Shown here piece after piece: positions 38,030 through 51,016 of a stretch of 64,000 nucleotides of DNA. Origin of the DNA: Chiloscyllium plagiosum (lineage: Eukaryota). Position 1 is the first letter of the stretch, and each line of letters opens with the position of its first letter. The stretch spans positions 52,444,608 to 52,508,607 of the forward strand of contig NC_057719.1 in the NCBI RefSeq assembly GCF_004010195.1, written 5' to 3'. The position numbers and the translations under genes were made by a program. The notes below the pieces were generated by a model. That model was not told the origin of the DNA and ran no database searches. It saw only the letters and a program-made list of their open reading frames with translations.

Positions 38030-39060
38030 TTTTAGATCAGAAAAGATAGTGTAGTTGCAGGCAGAAGGCAGCTGTGTGTCACTTGGGTCAGGTTGGATGC
38101 AAAGTGGGTGTAACTGGAGAGTGTCAGGCAGCTCAGGAGATATATTGGCAGAAGTTTGGGGCTAGGATGGCAAATGGGTTTTGGAATGGTGCCAGGTGGA
38201 TCACGGTACAACATATCAGATGCGCAAAGGGTATTGTGCCAGGTGGATAAAATGGTAGGGTATGTGATAGCTGGGAGGTAGACAGCCAGGTAGTTGAAAG
38301 GTGCAGTTGTGGGTGGTGGAGGGGTATAGTTCCCAAGTGGGCTGGGAATTTGAATGCCAGGATGTTGAGAAATGGACTGATAGGTTGGTGAGGGAATTTG
38401 GTCCCAAGTCAGTGGGTGGTAGAGATGACAGGCAGATGGCAAGAGTAGTAAGGCATGTGAGTGGGTAAAAGCTTAGTTATTTTGTAGGTCAGGCTGAAAG
38501 CGGAAGGTGTTTTGGGGGTGGATCAGGTGACAGGAATTAGTGAGACAGTCTGGTCATGGTGGGGATTGGAGCTCCAGATCCATAGGGGGCTTAAAGAATT
38601 GGGGTTCAGACCTGATGAGGGGAGGTTTGGTCGAATGTTCACGCGAGTCGGTGCAGAATGGCTGAGACTTGTGGGTCCAATTGAGGGTTGCCAGATGTCC
38701 ATAGAGCATCAAAAGGAAGTTGGATGGTGAGAGAAGAACGGTGTCAAGTTAATGGGCATTTGGGATGGAGTGGGTATGGTGGTTTGGGAAAAAGTTGTGA
38801 ACTCGGTCAGGGGAGATGTCCTGATTGAATTGGGTCAGGGGAGATCAGATGTTCTTCGTAGTCTGGTGGTTTGGAGGGCAGTTAAGTGTTAGATTGATGA
38901 GAGTGTTTTAGGTGTCACTGAGTTTGTCGGATGCTGGGGGATGTTGGGCTGAGTCATGTATTGGGTTGATTTGATCTGATCTGGGTTTGACTATCTAGAG
39001 TCTGTGCATTTTGAGATTGAGGATAGTCAACAGGTGGAGGATGGGGATCAGTGGTTACTC
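38030..39060. repeat. G-rich, C-poor strand-skewed degenerate repeat
   Basis: Sustained GG/GT-rich composition with recurring caggt/gggt motifs; family not identified. Confidence 0.4.
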
Positions 39061-40914
39061 AGTAAGGAAAATTTTTAATAGCTAGCCAGGAGTCAGAGCA
39101 AGTTTTTCCTGGTTTATTATTATGCTAAACATGAGCTAGAATCCTTTGAATTCTTCACGGAGGGTTCCAGTCTTGTCCATTGAAGTTTCAACATTCTAGA
39201 CAATTACCATCCCATCAGTGTATTGGCAATTCCACATAGTCCTAACATATAAATCTGCTCTACCTTTCAGCAGGCGCTATTTTCCTACAGGATGATTTGG
39301 GTTAAAGTGTTATACGGATTGTTGCGCATTGTCAATTGTGACACTTCATTTTATCATATCAGTATTCTGATACATATAGCTTGCAAATAATGATCATCAA
39401 GGATCCATCTGTGTCCTATAATAGCATATGAGTAGAATAGAAAAGTAATTCTATCACTGAACCATGGAAGTGGTTGTATTCTTTCAAATGGCGAGTGGAT
39501 AACTTTTTGTGGAGAACATAATTTGTGTCACTTTAGTCAAATGTGAAGTGCACCAGTTTACTTTCTAAGTAAGTAATTGACATTGCACAACCAAAACTGA
39601 AATATTTTATCTCTGGCCCTTTGGGTTTTCCTTCAATGACTTTGACCACTGCATCATAATTAAATGATTATTGCATGCTGCTCATTAGATGTGATTCATC
39701 TTAGAATAGAAATGTTCACAATAAACATTTTGCCGTAAGCCTGTTGAAAGTACATGTAAACTAAGATGCAAATACTCAGCAAGGCAACTATATCATTGTG
39801 CCAAGAAATGTATCATCAAACTACACCTGAAATACTCCTGTACAAAACCGATAATAGCCACACCTTACAAATGTATGTGGTCGTGAAGAGTTGAATGTAT
39901 GTTATAAAGATTGAAAAGTCTTTCAATACTATAGAACTAGTGGTGACTCTCTTTATATAATGAAGCTATTAATTTGAAACTGACATTTCAATTATTGAGA
40001 AATTGTCTTTAGTCTAAATTTGCAAAATATATGTATTAGAACATTTGTCTCATATGTGTAGTGCAACAGTGTTCGATAACGGAAGACACAATGAATGCAA
40101 AACAGTGATAAAACACATGCATACTTTGAGAGAGGATTATAATACAACAAGACAAAACTTTGGGTATGGGTTTATTTGCATCTCAATTGTCTTCTATCTT
40201 TAAAAAGCAACATCTGTTACATCTTTGCATCAGTTAATGAGATGGCATGACTTTCCAAAAGCCTTTCATCTTAGTTGTCATTTAAAATGACTGTTAAATC
40301 TCCACATCGAACCTTATGGCTCTTGTGCCTCATTATAGTACAAGAGACAGCAAAGTAATTACAATGTCTTATGAAAGAAAGGCGACAACCACTGAGTCGT
40401 GGCTGAAATTTATGCTAGTCTTTTTCCTTTGATTTCTGTAAAACACAAACTATAAGTATTTGCGCCCTAACCCTAATTTATGAGCACCTCAAGGGGAAAC
40501 AATACTTTATCTCTTCATATGCTGTTTTCCAATGTTTCATCTCTCACATGCTGTAATGTTAGGATTAACTACATTACTGCAATATTAATAAAGTATGCAC
40601 GTCAAACATTTTGAGTGAAAACTTAGCTAATTACTCCTGCTGAGCCTGTCTTTTGCTCTTTTTTTGCTACTGGTTCTTCTTTTCAATTCAAAATTGTTTT
40701 TTTTTTATTTTCTATTACCTGAACAACATATCAATGACATTACCTTTAATGTTTACAATCAACAAAATCGCATTTCTTCTTCCAAATTGTCATTTGTCTT
40801 TATTGCCTTGTCCAATGGCTCATGAAAGCATATGATCTTGAGAAGGTATAATCGTGATCTTGGCTGCCAAACTTAATCCATGACAGGAAAATGAAAACAT
40901 AACTTTAAAACAAA

Positions 40915-41600
40915 ATAAATAGGTGCAGGGTTCCTTGAATCTGCTTTGTCATTCAATACAATCAGACTTGATCTTCTGCCTCAACTCCACAATCCTACCC
41001 TCTCTGATTCAGAGGTCAAAAATCTGGAATATCAGACTTAGGAACAGGTTAGGCCACTTGAGCTTGCTTCACTACTCTATAAGGCCATGTTGTTTCTGGT
41101 TGTGGTCTTCTTTTTGCCTTGTCTATCAAAAAATCTATCTAACTCTGCCTTTAATAAGGTTGAAGACCAAAACTCTGCTACCTTCTGGGGACGACAATTC
41201 CACATGCTAACAACCTCTGATGGGAAAAAAAAGTTCATCTCTGTCTTAAAGGGAGTTTTCTAATTCTTAAAATATGTCCCTTTGTTTCAGTTGTCCACAC
41301 AAGAGGAACTACACTCCAAGTATCTCATTTATTCTGTCCCCTCAGAAATTTGAATGCTTCAATAAGACCATTTCTTAATCTTTCAAACTCCAGTGGATAC
41401 AGGCCTAATGTATTCAATCTTACTTCATAGGAAAAGGCCTCCATCTAAGAATGAATCAAATGACTTTATTTATCTTTGAATATCCTGAAATATATTCGAT
41501 GATGCTACATTGACAATACTCTGGGTAGAGAAACTCAAAAGTTCATAATCCTCTGAAGAAATTTATATTCATTAAGACTTTAATGATTGACTAGTTAGAC
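40915..41600 (-). mobile_element. Cluster of degenerate CR1 3' fragments
   Basis: Repeated aggaacaggttaggcc/aataggtgcagg termini and downstream similarity to 32337-32800. Confidence 0.55.
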
Positions 41601-41609
41601 CACAGCAAA

Positions 41610-42446
41610 AATACTGTGATCAGCTTTGGGCCCCTTATCTAAGGAAAGATACACTGGCATTGGAGGGGTGCTCTTATCTGAGGTTGAGTAGCTTGGGCCT
41701 GTACTCATTGCAATTCGAAGAATGCCAGAAGACCAATTAACAAGATGAAATGTTAGAATTACAATCCCTTCAGTGTTGAAACAGGCTCTTCAGCTCAACA
41801 AGTCCACACTGACCCTCCAAAGAGTATCCCATCCAAACTCATTGCCCTACACCATATTTACCCCTGATGCACCTAACCTACAAATCCCTGAACACTGTGG
41901 GCAATTTAGCATGGCAAATTCACCTAACCTGCACATCTTTCAATTGTGGGAAGAAACTGGAGCACTCAGAGAAAACCCATGCAGACACGGGAAGAATGTA
42001 CAAACTCCACACAGTCGCCTGAGGCTGGAATCAAACCTGGGTTCCTAGCATTGTGAGGCAACATTGCTAACCACTGAGCCACTGTGCCACCCATGTGATA
42101 TTCTTTGGGGACTTGACAGGGTAGATGTGGATAGGATGTTTCATCTTGTGGGAGAGTCTAAGACCAGCGAGCACAGTCTCACCTATTTAAGACAGAGATG
42201 AGGAGATTCTTTTCCCCCTTGATGGATGGTGAATCTGTGGAGCTCTTTACCGCACATGGTGGTTGAGGTTATTTTGCTAAGTGTATTCAAGGTTGACAGA
42301 CAGATTTTTAATCAGTAGGGGAATCAAGAATCATGGGGGGAATAGGCAGGAAAGCAGGTTTGATGATTATCAGATCAGCCATGACCTCGTTAAATGGTAG
42401 GATAAACACAATAGGCTGAATGGCTTCTCTTACATGTTATGGTCTA
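41610..42446 (+). mobile_element. CR1 3' fragment interrupted by a SINE
   Basis: YCDQLWAPYLRKDTLALEG; resumes at ~42100 with GLDRVDVDRMF..FKTEMRR. Confidence 0.7.
41752..42092 (-). mobile_element. HE1/V-SINE-like tRNA-derived SINE
   Basis: Minus: gtggcacagtggctcagtggttagca (A box)..ggtttgattcc (B box); V-core-like gtgtggagtttgtacattcttccc; CR1-like tail; collinear with 60511-60865. Confidence 0.85.
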
Positions 42447-43759
42447 AAAAATCATAATCATTTTATGGCTGAATTTTTAAAATTATTAATGATCGTTTTT
42501 TTTGTGGCTGACTCTTAACTGCTGTCTGGGAAATTAAAGACGGACAATAATTGACATCCATGCCCTGTGAACAAATTAAAATTCAACACTATATAGCAGA
42601 CGTCTGACAGTAATTGTTATAAGCCTGTGAAGTGGCCCGAGTGCACTTGAAAATCTCCCAAATCATAATGAAACAAAATGTTGAGAACCTTTCAGCCAGG
42701 CGACTATACATTAGTGCTTCTACCAACACCAGGTGAATGCTGAAAGATCCGGTTCAGTGACCTGTATAGCACCATAATGGAGCCTGCAGGGTAAAGCAAA
42801 GATAGCATGAAATGTCAAACTACCTTCGAAAAGCTGAAGACTACCTTAACAAGAAGTCTAAAATGGTATAGCATTCCTTGCAATATTTTTCAGGTAGTAT
42901 AGTTGAAAGAATAAATACTAATGGAATACCTTTGTATTCTGGGTCTTAAATTTCTCCACAAACTGGAGAACTGATTTATGGTAGTGGTCTCTCTCTCTCT
43001 AACCATTTGGTGCATATGTCTGAAAATACTTGCCAGTTAGTAATAAACCAATAGTTTCCTCCTCTATAACACCATTTCTGATAGTTGTTTAGTTTTTTTG
43101 GAGAAGTACCCAATTGGTATCTCTATTCCAAATTTGTCTTTCTGAAGGGGAACAGCCACTAGTTTGATGTTACTCACATCGATGGCTATTTTAAATGTTT
43201 GACCCAGTAAGATTGATAAACGGAAGTATAGTTCCAAGTTAGGGGGATAATGGTTTTGAGGGGAGCTTACAGGTGCTGGTGTTCCCTGTAAGTTGTGTAT
43301 CTGCTAGTCTTGTCTTTCTAGATAATGGTCTGTTTTGCTCTTTGGTCAGGACATACCTAGAGATGATGATGGTGTTTCCTGGGACATTGACTGTCAGGTA
43401 TGATTTCGTGAGCATGGCTTTGTCAGTCTGTTGCTTGACTAGTCTGTAAGACAGCTCTCCCAATTTTGGCACTAACCCTCGTGAGGACTTTGCATGGTCG
43501 ATGGGACTGAAATTTCCATTGTAACTTCCAATGCGTTGATCAATGTCAGGTGATCATCAAATTTAATTTCTTATTTGAGACTTTTTAGCACTTAATACAA
43601 CTGAGTGACTTGTTAGGCCTTTTCAGATGGCAGTCACATTGCTGTGGGTCTGGAGTCACATGTAGGCCAGATCAGGTAAGGTTGGCAGTTTTTCCCTCTT
43701 TAAAGGAATTCACTGTGTAAGCATGTTGCAGCTGATTTGCTGCAAACCACTGATAAGAT

Positions 43760-44530
43760 ACTTCATTTTGGAAAGGCAAATCAGGGCAGGACTTATACAC
43801 TTAATGGGAGGGCCCTGGGGAGTGTTGCCGAACAAAGAGACCTTGGGGTACAGGTTCATAGTTCCTTGAAAATGGAGTTGCAGGTAGACAGGATAGTGAA
43901 GACGTTTGGTATATTTGCCCTTATTGGTCAGTGCATTAAGTATAGGAGTTGGAATTTCATGTTGTAGCTGTACAAGACATTGATATCGACCACTTTTGGA
44001 ATATTGATTTCAGTTATGGTCTCCCTGCTATAGGAAAGTTGTTATGAAACTGGAAATGGTTCAGAGAAGATTTAGAAGGATGTTGCCAAGGTTGGAGGGT
44101 TTGAGGTATAGACATAGCCTGAATAGACTGGAGCTGTTTACGTTGGTACGTTGGAGGCCGAGGGGTAACCTTTTAGAACTTTATAAAATCATGAGGGTCA
44201 TGGATAGGGTGAATAGTCAAGATCTTTTCCCTAAGGTAGGGTAGTCCAAAGTCAGAGGGTGTAAGTTGAAGATGTCAGGGGAAAGATTTATAAAAGACAT
44301 AAAGGACGACTTTTTCCATACAGAGGGTGGTGCGTGTATGGAATGAGCTGCCAGAGGCAGTGGCAGAGGCTGGTAGAATTACAACATTTAAACACCATCT
44401 GGATGTGTACATGAATAAAAAGGGTTTAGAGGGATAGGGGCCAAATGCTGGCAAAATGGGATTGATAATCTGGTCGGCAATGGACGAGTTGGACCAAAGG
44501 GTTTGTTAACATGCTGTACATCTTGATGAC
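43760..44530 (+). mobile_element. CR1 3' fragment (RT C-terminus plus 3'UTR)
   Basis: LHFGKANQGRTYTLNGRALGSVAEQRDLGVQVHSSLK; LEMVQRRFRRMLPRLEGL; QRVVRVWNELP. Confidence 0.9.
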
Positions 44531-44539
44531 TGTGGTCAC

Positions 44540-44697
44540 AGGAAATGACATTACCAACCCATAGAAACCTAAATACATAAATATAAAGCGGGTCATACCA
44601 CCAGTACTTCATCCAGAGGCTCACTGATAATATACCTAATATAGTGATGAAATGTCTGAAAATGAACCTTCCAGCTCAGTGAGCAAACTCACAACCC
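44540..44697 (+). mobile_element. Family C PLE-terminus fragment with decayed HHR-like motif
   Basis: caCTGATAAtatacctaatatagtgatGAAAtgtctg followed by aaaatgaaccttccagctcagtgagc, shared with 58044-58134. Confidence 0.5.
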
Positions 44698-45704
44698 ATA
44701 TGTAGTAATATTGGGGAAAATAGAAGCCAACTCAGGGAACTCTACAGTACTCCAATTATACGTAAAAAAACACATGAAAATAAGTCTGGATGAAGAAGAG
44801 GTGGAAGACCATAATCAACACACTAACAACATGCAAGACTCCAACATTCTTGCAAACTGAGATGTCCAATTGTGAAGTCTGTGTTTCTGGAAGATTATAG
44901 AATCACAAGATCTGAAGTGATTGTCAAACCACTTGTACATTATATAGACATTAAGACAGTTAAATATTTTGATTATTGCTTCTTGTGCAAATAGCTTTAC
45001 AATTTCCCTCATAAGTGCTAATTTTACTCTTAGTGTATGCAATTTTATCTCAGCAATGAAACGGATGTGTACTATTGCTTTTCAAGCTCCGTTGCCTTGA
45101 GTGCTGATAAACCACAGACCCAAATGGAACTACATGATCGACATCCATACACTGTCCAGCAGAAGCAAGCCAGAAAGAGGATGCATACACACTTAACTGG
45201 AACTGCAGGTTGTGGTCTGCATGGTTAAATAGACCTGTATGAGATCCCCAAGTAAATTGAATTCATGTTACTTAATCTATATCATTTATTAATATCAGAA
45301 GAAATAGAACAGGCTTCAGCCGACATTTATGCAAATTAATAATTTATGAATATTCAATATTAGCTTGATCCAAATTCGACTTAAGATCACCTTTTCCCTC
45401 GATACCTTCTCACCAGCTGCTTACAGTTGTTGAGCTACCCCTTGCTGGATAGTTTCCCAGATTTATCAAATTTCTATGGCTGTTTCAAGTTCTTCTTCAT
45501 GTTCTTTGCCCATTGTTATAAAATTATGTTGTGTTGCATACATTCTATTTCTGCCAGTATAGGCACCTTGTCTGAAGGTTTAGTAGAATTTGTGAAGCCT
45601 GTTTCAAAATTCTGAGACCTCCTTCATGCTTAATTGATGATCTTTTATTAACTCCATACTTCAACTCTTCTCAAATATTGTAGCTACCTCTCTGCCTGTA
45701 TGCG

Positions 45705-45825
45705 TGATTTGGAGATGCTGGTGTTGGACTGGGGTGTACAAAGTTAAAAATCACACAACACCAAGTTATAGTCCAACAAGTTTAATTGGAAGCAGACTAG
45801 CTTTCGGAGCGACGCTCCTTCATCA
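45705..45825 (-). mobile_element. Family B PLE 3'-terminal fragment
   Basis: Near-identical to 28561-28681; truncated inside the HHR core; possible TSD tctctgc(c/t)tgta 45689-45700/45827-45838. Confidence 0.9.
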
Positions 45826-45861
45826 ATCTCTGCTTGTAGAAATTTTTGAAACCTCAAAGAT

Positions 45862-46015
45862 GTTGATTTCTGCGTAAACTTCTACAAATTTCCCCTCAAT
45901 TAGAGTATGGAGCGACGCTCCTTCATCAATCACCTGATGAAGGAGCGTCGCTCCGAAAGCTAGTGTGCGTTGATTTCTGCGTAAACTTCTACAAATTTCC
46001 CCTCAATTAGAGTAT
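45862..46015. repeat. Perfect 47-bp direct repeat flanking a 60-bp HHR hairpin insert
   Basis: gttgatttctgcgtaaacttctacaaatttcccctcaattagagtat at 45862-45908 and 45969-46015. Confidence 0.95.
45931..45965 (+). ncRNA. Intact minimal type I hammerhead ribozyme motif (family B)
   Basis: cac CTGATGA a ggagc gtc gctcc GAAA gc TA gtg: stem I cac/gtg, 5-bp stem II, palindromic AGCT in place of stem III; predicted cleavage after CUA (45962). Confidence 0.8.
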
Positions 46016-46239
46016 CTTTAAGTGCTAGGATATCTACAGGTTTTGCCTTTCTTATACCAAGTTGCAAGCACCTGTGGCAGATTTATTCTTTGTCACTTTT
46101 TTTGTGAAAGCCCAGTCTAATATCTAGAATGGCTTCTAGTGGCTAGTCAGCTTTATTTGTGTTTTAGTTTCTGTTGGTTATGGCCTCTCTTCTGAGACAA
46201 ATGAAGGGATTACATGATTTTCTTGCTGTCCTGGAAACA

Positions 46240-46500
46240 GAAGTTTGAGGGATGTTCTTATTATCTTGAGGAGACTTGATAGGAAACCAAAAGATGTTTC
46301 CTTTTGGGGGAGAGACTAGAATAAATGAACATGGTTTCAAAGTAAGAGGTCCCCCTTTTAAGATGGAAATGAGAATTATTTAGTTTCAGAGGGTCATTGG
46401 TCTGTTGAATTCTCTTCCTCAGAAAATAATCAAGGCCAAATCATTGAATTTATTTGAGAAAAGTTCATAGATTTTTGAGGGACAAGGAAATTATGAGTTA
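46240..46500 (+). mobile_element. Degenerate CR1 3' fragment
   Basis: LRRLDR..KMFPF.GETR..GFKVRGPPFKME. Confidence 0.55.
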
Positions 46501-46811
46501 TTTTCAAGGAAACCAAACATTAGTTGAATAATGGCTGGTTACACTTGGTGAACCTTTTTTCAATGAAGTATACAACCCGCCAGATCATTTTTATTTCTCC
46601 CACCTTCAATCCAAGGTATGCTACCATTCAAATGTTGTGAAAGAAGAGAGTTGTTAAAATTCAATTGCCTCCATGCAAATTTAAAAACCTACTAGAAATA
46701 GAGTCTTTAATGAGCCCACAACATTGTTAATTAAACTGGGAGCATTGCAGTGAGCTTTCTTCTCCAACCCTTACCTTCTTCATGAGAGTGGCTGAGGATG
46801 ATATTTATTCA

Positions 46812-47030
46812 ACCGAGGTGGTACGTGTACGGAATGAGCTGCCAGAGGAAGTGGTGGAGGCTGGCACTATTGTAACATTTAAAAGGATGGGTATATGAAT
46901 AGGAAGGGTTTGGAGGGATATGGGCCAGGTGCTGGCAGGTGGGACTAAATTGGATTGGGATATCTGGTCAGCATGGACGGGTTGGACCGAAGGGTCTGTT
47001 TCCATGCTGTACATCTCTATGAATCTATGA
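46812..47030 (+). mobile_element. CR1 3' end
   Basis: VVRV.NELPEEVVEAG then 3'UTR ending gggtctgtttccatgctgtacatctctatgaatctatga. Confidence 0.85.
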
Positions 47031-50000
47031 GTCAATCAGTGAAAGTATGTAGATTTGAAAGTTAGACTTCACAATAGTAATAATGGGCGTTTGTCATTTA
47101 AAAAAAAACACAAATGAAGGAAATCAGCCCTTCTCACCTGGTTTGGCCATAGAAGCAACAGCATTGTTGTTGACTCTTAATTCAGCTTTGAAATGGGTCA
47201 GATAGCCTTTCAGTTCAAGTGCAATTATGGATAGGCAACAAATGTTCAGCAATGCCTATATCCTATCAAAAGATTTTGTTTTAATATTTTAGTATTTCCA
47301 ACACCTCTAGAGTATTACTTGCTTGAATTCTCTCAGGGTTATTTGTACCAACAGATCAAATTGTCTAGCAATAAGCATAACTGACTGGTTTGTCAAATCT
47401 CATACTTCTGTTGCATGGAGAGATCATTTACGTATCCCCTATGCTTTATAAAATGTTCGCACTTGTCATTGTGTATCTGTGTTAAAGTAATCAGTTTGTC
47501 AAGCATTATTTTAGCCTGCTTTATAATTAGATTAAAAATCTGTTTAGTGACCAAAATAATCAGTTTAGTGCATTGTGATTTTTCAGTTAGAATCAACATA
47601 ACTTATGTGAACATGCCATCAATTGTACTCCATTACAGGATTCCATTTCATTCATTTATAATGCCACATTGGGTTGCAGTAGCTAAAGTGTCGGCTTGTT
47701 CATTTTCTGACAGTTGTAGAGGGATGTGTCAGCCAACCACTGAGAATTGTATGAAGGCTGGTTATGTGAAGGAGACTTCTCCCTTTTCTATTTCAATATG
47801 CTGATTGAGCTGATTTCAATGTAGAAGTACTCACAGATGTATGTAATTGCAGGACTATAATCTCTGTAGCCATCTCACCAATGTAAACAAGTTTTTTATT
47901 TTCAAAGCATGAACTAGAATTAACAAGCACACAGCCCAGAGACAATATTAAACTGCTTGCTACTTATGCAAACATTCATTTTTGTATTTGGATTACAATG
48001 CCAGGAGACCAGTTATTAATTATGATGTAACAATGAAGCAAGTAGTGTAGGTTTTCATTCACAAATAAATCATTCACTGGCAATTTCATGCAGTGTGTAT
48101 TTTCACATGTTGATATCTCCAATGACAGATTTTCTCTCAGAAATATTTCTTTCCTGGATACTGCTCCGAATTTTCAGCTTTTGCTTAACTTAGTAATTGC
48201 AGATATTTACAATGTGGTAGGAAATCAGAATTTTCTGAAGGAAAAACATACCATTGACATTATTACTTAGTCAGACTTACAGAGTCATTTTGATTTAGAA
48301 ATATGTGCACTATAAGTTATGGCTGCGCTATCATTGTTGAAGTCAAAAATAATAACTGCATCCCTTTTTTTAACATTTAAGATTAAATATAATTTGACCA
48401 TGTAATGATTTGATTATTAGATTATACCCTGTTCTTTTGATTAAAATAAATAGCTTCCAATAACGAATGGTCTAAACTATATTTTGTTTATTTGCACTAA
48501 TGTATCTGTAAAAGATGCTAAAGCAAATTGAAAAGATACTCAACCTTACAATGTAGAAGATTGCAGTTTTTGGTATTAAATTTCCTCGCATGTTTCTTCT
48601 GTTTAATTTCAAAATCGAGATGGCATTGTATTTGTTCACAAATTTGGAAAAGCTATGTTAATGGTAGCATTATACTAAACTTGTGTAATACCGTAAGGGA
48701 TATTTTTTTAAAAATTGACAGGTAGTCACCCAATAACTTTTAGAGGTAACTTATTACTGGTTGTGTCAAAGTGGCACTGTATTCTATAGAAATTGTAACT
48801 TGCCTTCAACATGTGGGAATAAATTTCAGCAAAATTTTAGCATGTTTCACAGAGCTAATGCCAAAATAATGTATTGCTAGTGTTAATGAAATTTAGTTGA
48901 AGGATTATTATAGTAAAATATCATTGACCAATTAAGTGATTTTGGTACATCAATTAGCATTTTCCACGAAACGCTCTATCAATCAAAATCCATTTTCCTA
49001 CTAATTAATATAGTCCTCTCATATGGTATGAATGTTTTTTTTCCCCCAAGAATTGGTATTCTTGCAAACTGTTCTGATGAGTGGAAGATGAAAAATTTCA
49101 ACAAGATTTTTTTTAGCACTCAAAGAATAATTTGTAACAAAAGAAGTGACATGTTTTCAATGTGATTTTATTTTAAAATATGTACATTTCAATCCTCCTT
49201 GAGAATTAACAACTATTCTAAATATTTATTGCAGCGAAGCATTGATTTTCTGACTCTATAATGGCTCATGGAGTTGTTGGCTTATTGAGTTACATGAACC
49301 ATTTCCCTAACGTGCTTGCTTCTTTCATGCTTAGAAGAATAGCTGCTGTATTTACCAACATCCTGCGAGTTCAAAGCTCCTATAACGTCCATACTCAAGC
49401 TGTTAACTCGAGAGAAGAAATCAAAAATGTTTCCCAACCCCCACCATATCAGAGTTATTTCATGAGGTAGAAAAACAAAAGATAAAGGAATAATGATCCC
49501 ATCAGTGATTCAAAACACAGAAAATACTAATTTTATAATCAATCAATTGCCATTTTCCGAGCCGTATTTGCTATGCAATTAAATAGATGCTTCTAGCCTT
49601 ACACATTTGCGTATATGTACAGTTAGCAAACAAAGAAGAGATGTGGGAGAATTTCCTTTTCTCCTCATTGCTTGTCTGACCACAAGATATGTTTTTAAGG
49701 AGTGCTTTAATCCCAGAATTGTTGAGACTTTTAAATTTTAAGAACGGCTATTTTCACAAAAGCTGAAATGTAATCACAACACCCATTCCTCACTCACAAA
49801 ACAAAAGATTATTTCTAAAGATGTAGCAGGCACCGATACAGTTTGTAAAGGTTCAAACTCACTGTCATGCTGGTTCTTCAAGATGGCAGCTTGAAATGTT
49901 AACGGTCTTGAGAATTTTCTTTTTGTCAAAATTTTAAATATTGAAACTTTCTGCTGATAAGCTCTCAATAGCTTGTTATTCACAACAGTTGGCTGCTTAT

Positions 50001-50935
50001 TCTGTCCCAGTTGAAGCTGTGGATGAACTCCTGTGGTGAGGATATATTTTGCAGGTAAAATGACTTAACTTCACTTCTCTTGCAGTGATGAATTTTTCAG
50101 GTAGAGACCGTTTGTTTGATGGGATTGGTCCCCTCTGATCTTCATATCCCAGACTCCGTTTTCTGGGTTGTTTTCATGGATTAATTAAGGCATTTCCTAT
50201 CAGGAATTAGAATCTGTCAGGTAATAACAGTACTAATGTATTCAATTGTCACTCCAATGGATTGATAACTATGCAATTTGTCAGACAATGAAGGATGAAT
50301 GACACCATTCACGGCTTCTTGAGATAAAGTGTTTTCTATCACATCCTTCTTCTTATGATTTCAAGTTTGTAGACACCAAATCAGGAGTACTATTGTATCT
50401 TGTTTTGTTAAAATAATGCGTCTATATTCTATACAACTTTTAAAAAGTTTATCTTAAAATTATTCATTGCTGCTTTGCATTCAAGAGCATGCGACACAAG
50501 TATGACAATATTTGCCTATTTATCTGTAGAAAAATCATAAATGTTATGCTTGCAAAGATATAATAATTATGTGTGATATTCACTTTGCTAGATTTTCCAT
50601 TATTTGCTCTTTGCTAGTGATCTTTTTTGGCTTTTAATTTCAAGAAAAAATCTGTCCCTCTCGTAAGTTTTGAACAACACATGTCATAAATAATAACAGC
50701 TAGGAGAGTAATTTTACAACTCAAATCTGAATCCAGATTTCAGATGATTGTTCATGTGATTTAGAAACAATGACAGTGTATGGAATCATCTGGACTCAAA
50801 TTAGATTTTAGATCCATTACACTAGGCATACCTTACATACAGGAGAAAGTGAGGACTGCAGATGCTGGGGATCAGAGCTTAAAACTGTGTTGCTGGAAAA
50901 GTGCAGCAGGTCAGGCAGCTTCAAAGGAGAAGGAG

Positions 50936-50971
50936 AATCGACGTTTCGGGCATAAGCCCTTCTTCAGGAAT
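50936..50971 (-). ncRNA. Minimal type I HHR motif (family A), antisense twin
   Basis: Exact reverse complement of 50981-51016. Confidence 0.75.
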
Positions 50972-50980
50972 GAAGCCTTT

Positions 50981-51016
50981 ATTCCTGAAGAAGGGCTTAT
51001 GCCCGAAACGTCGATT
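50981..51016 (+). ncRNA. Minimal type I HHR motif (family A)
   Basis: attc CTGAAGA a gggc ttat gccc GAAA cg TC gatt; palindromic ACGT; predicted cleavage after GUC (51012); weak stem I. Confidence 0.75.

Noticed and set aside
40464..40476. Telomeric ccctaaccctaa
   Set aside because: Only two units; expected by chance in 64 kb
45862..46015. Repeat-spacer-repeat as a CRISPR array
   Set aside because: Only two repeats, eukaryotic context, no cas genes, and the spacer is PLE-derived
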